Positions 12,574-19,332 of a stretch of DNA of 20,946 nucleotides are shown one piece after another. How positions within the stretch are numbered: the stretch's first letter is position 1; each line of letters starts with the position of its first letter. The position numbers were made by a program, and so were the translations under genes. The DNA comes from a virus (Duplodnaviria > Heunggongvirae > Uroviricota > Caudoviricetes): IMG/VR virus record IMGVR_UViG_3300028886_000047, one strand, 5' to 3'. The notes under the pieces are model-generated. The model was not told the DNA's origin. It worked only from the letters and a program-made list of their open reading frames with translations, and searched no databases.

Positions 12574-15180
12574 ATGGATATAAATTATCAATTACCACAA
12601 ATTCAAAGATTTCCAGGATTGTCTGAATATACAAGACAAGCTTCATTGCAAGCATTAGCTCCGCCTCCTGCATTATCCAATTCTGCTATGAATGCTGTTA
12701 ATCAACAAAGACAGAATTTGTTTAACTAGTATTAGACATAGCAAAATAAAAATTAGTTACTTGGACAAGCTGTCAGTTCTTTAACTGGTCAATTATCGAA
12801 TCAAGTTTCTGAAGGAATTTTTGGAACAGATACAGAACTTGGACAAGCTATGGGTAATCTTTTTAGTACTGGAATAAATACAGCCGGAGACCAAATAGCT
12901 AATAATATTTTTAAAGGAGAGTCTCTAATGAATGGAATGGGTCAAAGTGTAGGTTCTTCTTTAGCTGGAGCTGGTGCAGGTATGGCAGCAAACTACATAG
13001 GTAAAGGAATTTCCTCTTTAGGGGGAAATTCCAAACTTAGTAGAGGAATTGGTGCAGGATTTGCTACAGGTGCAGGAACTCTTGGAGGAGGTGCATTATC
13101 AAATATAATCAATGGAGAACGTGCATTTGGAGATATTGCAGATTCTTTTAAAGCTATTAAAACTTTTAATCAAGCTAAGAATTTTGCAAAAGGTTCTCCA
13201 GAAGCTTTGGAAGCTTTAAAAGCATCTAGGCTTGGAACTCTTAATCTTGCTGGATTAGGAGCCTCTATTGTTGGTTCAGGATTGCAAGCAGCATTTGGCC
13301 CCTCTAAAGAATATGGTGGAACATATGGAAATATTACTAAGGGAATGGATACTGCTTATGATTTAATTCAAGGAGCAGCTGGATTTATACCTGGAGTAGG
13401 AACAGCAGTATCTGGATTTATGGCTCTTAATAAAGGATTATCTAATGTGTTTGGCTCAACTAGTGGTATGACACGTCAAGATGCTATCTTAGGTTCTGCT
13501 TTTATGCCTGCTCCAGTTAAATGGTTGAATATGGCTGGAGCTAAAACTACTGATAAGTTTAGAAATCAAAGTTGGCAGAATCAAGAACGTACTAATACAT
13601 TTATGCAAAATGGATTCGGTGATTTAGGAGAAAAATTTGATAAAGCACGTAGAGAGTCTGGAAAAACTTATGGAACTTTTAGCAGACATGCCTATAATAA
13701 AGCACAAGGTAATGTAAATTTTGCTAATGATGCTTTTAATAAAATATTAGATATGGCTGATGATGAAGAAACACGCAGAATTAGAAGTGAATATATGACT
13801 TCTATAAATAATCAAAGATATGCTCAAGATATTACTGGAGGATTTCGTCCTTTATATCGTGGTAAAGAAGGAATGAAGATTCCAGAAATTAACCACAATT
13901 TTGGACAAAGACTTCTTTCTGGAGCCGCTTTAATAGACAATAAACAAATGATTCTTTCTGCACAAGGCGGTACTAAAGTAACAAGACCTCCTAGAATGAG
14001 GGCGCATAGAAAAGGCGATGAATCTAGAGGTCTTACTTCAGAGGAACAAGAGTGGTGGAGATAGCATGAAGAAGAACAAAAAAGATAGTAGGAGGAAGAG
14101 ACTGCTAGAAAAATAAAACAACAAGAAGAAGCTGCTAATAAATTTAATCAACAAACTAATATAGTAATGGGAGCAATGACTTAGCAAGCTAATGAAATTC
14201 CTTTTACTGGACAAGAATATCAACAAGCTGCTGAAGATTAGAAACAAAAAAAGGTAGAGAAATTTCATGAAGCTGAAAAAATTGGAGAAGCTGCTTTAAT
14301 GGCAGATTTAGCTGTAAGTGCTGCTCCATTATTATAGAGAGGATTTAGATGGGTATTTAATAAAGCTGGATAGTTAGTTAAAGTTCCTAAATAGTCCGAA
14401 TTATTTTCTTAGAATTTAAGTTCTGAGAAATTTATTAATCCTGATGGTTCTATTAATGTTTAGGAAGCAGTTCCAGAGATTGTAAGAGGTAAAAATTTTG
14501 CAATAGAATATTTAAATTCTCCTATAAGAACAGCAGTTAATACTCATAATAAAGAGTTAGCTAATAGATTAGGATTTAAATTATTCAGACCCTTTAATGA
14601 AGCCGGACAAAGAGTTTCTACCCCAAGTAATTTAAAAATAGTAAGAGAAAATTCTAGCATAGGAGGTTCTGTGTCGACAGATTCAAAAAATCCAGCAGCA
14701 GATTAGGTTACAATTAATCTATACAATAGTGATCCTTATTTTGCATCAATACATGAAAATTTACATAGAGGATATTTAGGAAATGCTCCTAAAGAATACT
14801 TTTTAAATGAAACTAGAGGAACTTTTGGAGATACTAATAGATTTTATGATTATTTGAAAGATAAATTATTAAAACCTTGGTCTGAAAGATATAATCTTCC
14901 CGGAGCAGATTATTTAGATTAGTCTGCTGAACTTGCAGTTAATATGTTTGAAGTAGGACAAAGAATGGGTTTAAAAGTTGGATAGAAATTTCCAGGAAAT
15001 TAGAAAGTCTTAGAATTACTAGAGAAATATAAAAATTCCGGAGATTATAAATCAGGAGTTATTGATCATTTAAACCTTAAACACCCTCTAAGGATTTGGA
15101 AAGCTTTAACAGGAACTCTTTTTTCAGTACCTTTGATATATGGAACAGTCAATAATACAATTGGATAGAAAGCTAAATGA
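12574..15180 (+). CDS. Cargo/ejection protein with Gly/Ala-rich hydrophobic segments and C-terminal HExxH zincin-like domain (868 aa, TAG=Gln)
   Basis: ATG 2 nt after the previous TAA; open to TGA 15178-15180 with 19 TAG. Q-rich N-terminus, long Gly/Ala-rich hydrophobic region (track ORF 12850..14064), E/Q/K coiled coil near 14050-14280, and HENLH at 14752-14766. Position directly after the muzzle matches crAss cargo protein 1. Confidence 0.7.
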
Positions 15181-15289
15181 AGAATTTAATAAATTAAAAA
15201 ATTATAATGAATTTATTGAATTTAAAAATAAATATAAAGATTATATATTTATAGATTATTTTATAATGGAACCTGATTTTGATATATGA
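15140..15289 (+). CDS. Small hypothetical protein (49 aa, MEQSIIQLDRKLNEEFNKLKNYNEFIEFKNKYKDYIFIDYFIMEPDFDI)
   Basis: The frame stays open across an otherwise stop-rich, very AT-rich gap; it overlaps the upstream gene by 41 nt and its TGA overlaps ATG 15286 (ATGA). Below the ORF track cutoff. Confidence 0.5.
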   Translation: MEQSIIQLDRKLNEEFNKLKNYNEFIEFKNKYKDYIFIDYFIMEPDFDI

Positions 15290-16458
15290 AACGTTCAAGA
15301 TTAAAAAATATAATTAATAAATCAAAAACTATTTCTAATAAACAAGAAGTTGGAAATCCGTTTGATAAATTTAAAAAGTCTCTTCCTATAGAAGTTGATG
15401 ATAATTATAGGTTAGAAGCTGCTTGGAAAGCTTATGGTTCTCCTAAGGATTATAAAGAAGCTTTGTGGCAAGGAATGATTCAACCTATAGATGAAAATAA
15501 TGTTAAACTTCCTTCTATTGGATATAATGAAGAGACAGATGAATATGAATATCTTAATAAAGGCAGAGAGAATGAAACTGTAAATAAAGATATTCGAGTA
15601 TGGGATAATGATGTAATTCCTTTTGTTAAAGAATTAAAACAAGGTGGATTTATTCGCATTTTTGACGAAGAAAAAGATTGTTGGAAATATAGTAAAAATA
15701 AACCACAAGAAACCCAAACTGAATAGGGAGAAGTAATTGAATAGTTTAAAAATGGAGGTTCTAGTAAAAAGCCTTACCAAGAATGGTTAAGAACTGTTCC
15801 ACAAGATAGACTATCTAATAATTATGATTTAGAAACTGCTTATCAATATCTTCCGATAGAAGAATTGGAAAAATGGAGAACTGCAACTCCTGAACAATTA
15901 AATGATGAATCTCATCATTTGAGAAGTGTAGCTCCTTATGGTGATGGAGATTATATTTTTCTTAAAAAAGGTAGAGAATGGGTTAACCCAGAAGTTCAAG
16001 GAGAATTAGATTAGTATCATTTAGGTAAAACTGGATTGTAGTTTTCGCATGATTTAATATTTGATGAAGATTAGAATCGATATTTCTATAAAAAGAAAAA
16101 AGGATTTAATCCACAAGCCTTTAAACAAGGTGGACAGATGAATGTTATACCAGAAGGCGCGTTACACGCTAGAAAAAATAACATGGAAGGTGCTGGAGAA
16201 GATTTTACTGCTAAAGGCATTCCAGTTATGACAGCTGATGGCAAAGAATAGGTCGCTGAGATTGAAAAAAATGAAATTGTGTTTAATAAAGAAGTAACAG
16301 ATTTTATTGAATAGAATTATAAGAAGTTTAATTCTGATATTAGTAATACCGAAAAGGATGAATTAGCTATAAAAGTAGGTAAACGTCTTGTAAAAGAAAT
16401 ACTTGATAATACTGATGATAGAACTGGATTAATAGAAGAGGTTTCAGAAAAAATGTAA
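15286..16458 (+). CDS. Cargo-like virion protein with two tandem paralogous domains and a conserved C-terminal module (390 aa, TAG=Gln)
   Basis: Read through 7 TAG to TAA 16456-16458. C-terminal FKQGGQMNVIPEGALHARKNNME...KGIPV...QVAEIEKNEIVF resembles a conserved crAss virion-protein module. Confidence 0.65.
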
Positions 16459-16504
16459 AATTTTTCTAAATATAGTTATTAAGTATAGTATAAGTATAGT
16501 TAGT

Positions 16505-16585
16505 CAAAAAATTTGGCTCAATGTTCTAAAAATTTGGCGCACCATATACAAAAAATTTGGCTCAACTTTCATAAATTTTGGCTCA
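16505..16585 (+). repeat. Four direct repeats AAAWTTTGGCKCA, iteron/operator-like
   Basis: TTTGGC cores start at 16512, 16533, 16556 and 16577 (spacing 21, 23, 21 bp) in a 170-bp non-coding gap directly upstream of a wHTH gene. Confidence 0.85.
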
Positions 16586-16592
16586 AAAATGA

Positions 16593-16615
16593 TTTTGAAA
16601 ATTTATTTTTCAAAA
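16593..16615. promoter_or_regulatory. Inverted repeat TTTTGAAAA-N5-TTTTCAAAA, possible operator
   Basis: Perfect 9-bp arms ending 13 nt before ATG 16629; function is inferred and the arms are AT-rich. Confidence 0.35.
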
Positions 16616-16628
16616 ATATTTTAGGTAT

Positions 16629-17342
16629 ATGAAACAACATATAGAATTGCCTAGCAAAGAGAGTTCCGAATTAACTCCAAAAGATAAGTTAATTTATTTA
16701 GCTTTAAAGAGTTATGAAAATGGAAAAACACATGATTGTTTTCCTTCGATGGCTAAAATTTCGGAAAGATGCGGGGCTTCTGAGCCTACAATTAAAAAAT
16801 CCTTAGATAAATTGGAAAGAGAGGGATATATAACTATTGAAAAAGTAAACCCAAGAAAAAAAAGATATAAATTTAGCGAATATAAAAAATTTGAATGTTT
16901 TTCGTATGAATTTTTATACAACAAGGATTTAACTTTTACAGAAAAATCATATTTAGCAGCATCACAACAGTATATGTTAGAAAAAGAAAGTGGAAAAGGT
17001 AAAATTGATTATTCTAGTTACGAATTATCAAACAAAATTAATATGTCTCCAACAACAATACGACGTTGTGATAAGTCTTTAGTAGAAAAAGAATATATGA
17101 CAATAATTAGAAAAACTAAAAATGGACTAGAAACTTCAGAAATAGATTCTAGATATTATGATTTTGCTAAATATAATGAAGCAGTATGTGATGCACTTAT
17201 TTCACATGAAGATAGAATTACTTCATTAGAAGAAAGATTTGCAATCCAAGAAAGACGTGAAAAAGAAAAAGATGCTTATATAGCTAAATTAGAAAGCCAA
17301 TTAAGAGAAAAACAAATTGAAAAAACAAAAATTACATTATGA
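16629..17342 (+). CDS. Tandem winged-HTH protein with C-terminal coiled coil; replication-initiator (RepL/HTH_36-like) or regulator (237 aa, no TAG)
   Basis: LTPKDKLIYLAL...CFPSMAKISERCGASEPTIKKSLDKLEREGYI is an HTH_36-like pattern; a second unit LTFTEKSYL...SSYELSNKINMSPTTIRRCDKSLVEKEYM follows; then a heptad-like charged tail. Intact in both codes, ends TGA overlapping ATG 17339. Confidence 0.7.
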   Translation: MKQHIELPSKESSELTPKDKLIYLALKSYENGKTHDCFPSMAKISERCGASEPTIKKSLDKLEREGYITIEKVNPRKKRYKFSEYKKFECFSYEFLYNKDLTFTEKSYLAASQQYMLEKESGKGKIDYSSYELSNKINMSPTTIRRCDKSLVEKEYMTIIRKTKNGLETSEIDSRYYDFAKYNEAVCDALISHEDRITSLEERFAIQERREKEKDAYIAKLESQLREKQIEKTKITL

Positions 17343-17950
17343 TAGAAGCAAAGAAAACTAAAAATATTGGTTCTATTAAAATTGGAAATTAGGAATATGA
17401 TATTATTCTTGCTAAATCTGAAGAACAGAAAAGGCGTGGATTATAGAATTTTACTAATCTTCCAAAAGATGAAGGAATTTTATTTTATATAAATGAAGAA
17501 GAACCTGTTGAAACATAGTTCCACATGCATAACGTGTCTTTTCCAATCGATATGATATTTATGGATGATGAATTTAAGGTACTTGATGTTAAGCGAGGTA
17601 ATCCAGAAGATGATAACATACGCGGAATTGCATCTTATGTACTTGAAGTAAATGTTGATAGTGGAATTAAAAAGGGAGACGAAGCAGAAATAAATGATGA
17701 AGATTCTCATAAATATGTTATGGCAATATTAGGGAGCGATAATAAACCATAGGCCTGGCTAGAGTCAGGAGAGAGAATAATTTCACGTCGTGAAACTGTT
17801 GTTTTAATTAAGAAAGCTTTAAAAGCTAATGCTTCGAAGGAAGATAAAGATTATAAAGCACTTGGGAAATATATATTTAAAGTGTTAAAAGGACAAGATG
17901 AACGTAAACCAGAATATGTATAGGCTCCAGAATCTAAATAGAAGAATTAA
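17339..17950 (+). CDS. DUF192 (COG1430) protein with C-terminal extension (203 aa, TAG=Gln)
   Basis: AKSEEQKRRGLQNFTNLPKDEGILF...FHMHNVSFPIDMIFMD...YVLEVN...GIKKGD matches the DUF192 pattern; 6 TAG; ends TAA 17948-17950. Confidence 0.85.
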
Positions 17951-17952
17951 TT

Positions 17953-18594
17953 ATGCCAGATTATAGATATGACCCATTATAGAATAATTTCGTAACTTAC
18001 GAAGCTGTTGAAACTCCGAAAGTGGAAATAGATATGCCCTTAATGGATAAGCCCTTAGATATTAGTGATTGGAGTATTGGAGTTTCACAAACTGGTACTC
18101 CAATAGCATAGAGAAATTTACCAACTGCTACTGATAATAACACTTAGATGGTACAGCCTTCGGTTGATGTTACTTATGAATCTAATCCAGGAGTAACTGG
18201 CAGTAAAAAATAGGCTTATGAGTTCTTTATAGGTAAAGGATTAAAACCACACCAAGCTGCTGGAATAGTAGGAAATTTAATGCATGAATCTGGATTAAAA
18301 ACATCTATTAAAGGAGATGGTGGAAAAGCATTTGGTATTGCTCAATGGCATCCAGATAGACAAAAAGGATTAGAAGCATTAGCTAAATCACTAGGAACTT
18401 CTAAAACAGATCTTAATACTCAACTTGAATATGTTTGGTAGGAATTAAATAGTACGGAAAAGAAAGCATTAAACGCATTACTTAATAGTAAATCTGTTGA
18501 ACAAGCTACTAGTAATTTCTGTTAGTATTACGAAAGACCTGGAGTACTTGCTTTAGAATCTAGAATAAAATATGCTAAATCAACATTATCATGA
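17953..18594 (+). CDS. Phage tail lysozyme (Phage_lysozyme2-like) muramidase (213 aa, TAG=Gln)
   Basis: AAGIVGNLMHESGL...GDGGKAFGIAQW...R...TQLEYVWQEL...A...F...YERPG is the family signature; 6 TAG; TGA overlaps ATG 18591. Confidence 0.88.
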
Positions 18595-18848
18595 AAAAGA
18601 ATTATATAAAACCTAAATTAACTACTAAAACTAGTTGGAAAACTATTTTCTTTGCTAATAGTGGTGGCTTTTCAAGTAAAAGAATAGCTGGAATACTTGG
18701 ATGGTTGTGTTGTATCGGGGTATTTTTAGCAGGATTTATACTCGGAAAAGAAATTCCTGAATTTGGAGATATGATTATTGTAATGGCTTCCTCATTACTT
18801 GGAATTGATAGTGTTGCCAATGTGTTTTAGAAAAGAACAAATAAATAA
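18591..18848 (+). CDS. Holin-like protein with two hydrophobic segments (85 aa, TAG=Gln)
   Basis: SSKRIAGILGWLCCIGVFLAGFILG and MIIVMASSLLGIDSVANVF segments, basic N-terminus, adjacent to the lysozyme. One TAG at 18828, then KRTNK and TAA 18846-18848. Confidence 0.65.
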
Positions 18849-18870
18849 AGTTATTTTATTTTGAAATTAT

Positions 18871-18920
18871 TATATAAATTTATATATTAAGCGAAAGATA
18901 ATTTTCTGAGCAAAAGCTCA
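18871..18920. promoter_or_regulatory. Intergenic palindrome TATATAAATTTATATA (18871-18886) plus mini-hairpin TGAGC-AAAA-GCTCA (18907-18920)
   Basis: Both seen directly in the 101-bp gap before ATG 18950; a regulatory role is inferred only. Confidence 0.3.
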
Positions 18921-18949
18921 TTTAATAATATTATTAAATTTTTTATAAA

Positions 18950-19267
18950 ATGGAATTAAAGATTAAGAATTTTAACATTGATGAATTTATTCCTAAATTT
19001 TAGGAAGGTGGGGAGATGGCTCCTCCCGCAGATGGAGGTGCAGAGGGTGCTGCTGCACCGGCAAAAGCTCCTGCTGAAGGCGGTGACCCAATGCAAGAAC
19101 TTTTAGCTGCTTGTCAACAAGCATTAGAATCTCAAGATTGTAATTTAGCAATGCAAGTATGTCAAGCATTGATGCAAATGGCTGGCGGCGGTGGAGAACC
19201 TGCTCCTGCAGAAGCTCCAGGTCAACCAGTATACCGCAAAGGTGGAAGGTTAAGCCGCTGGGTTTAA
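18950..19267 (+). CDS. Small Pro/Ala/Gly-rich crAss virion-associated protein (105 aa, TAG=Gln)
   Basis: The true start is probably 18950 (after TTTTATAAAA): MELKIKNFNIDEFIPKF[TAG]EGGEMAPP...ACQQALESQDCNLAMQVCQ...GQPVYRKGGRLSRWV; ends TAA. Confidence 0.7.
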
Positions 19268-19281
19268 GTTTTAAATTAAAC

Positions 19282-19326
19282 AAGGGAAATGCGACACGAA
19301 TAAGTCGTGTTTCCCTTTAATTTTTT
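19282..19326 (+). terminator. Probable intrinsic terminator / stem-loop
   Basis: AAGGGAAA(19282-19289)...TTTCCCTT(19310-19317) outer stem with inner CGAC/GTCG pairing, followed by a T-rich tract, in the gap between two genes. Confidence 0.6.
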
Positions 19327-19332
19327 ATAGAC

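Noticed and set aside
15634-15651. LKQGGF as another GG boundary motif
   Set aside because: It lies inside duplicated unit A and is absent at the equivalent position of unit B; probably coincidental.
16505-16585. Mini-CRISPR interpretation of the repeats
   Set aside because: Repeats are about 13 bp with spacers of about 8-10 bp, far too short; no cas genes.
16459-16628. Canonical Bacteroidota promoter (TAnnTTTG) or DnaA box
   Set aside because: Only near-matches within the repeats; no exact TAnnTTTG or TTATCCACA found by eye.
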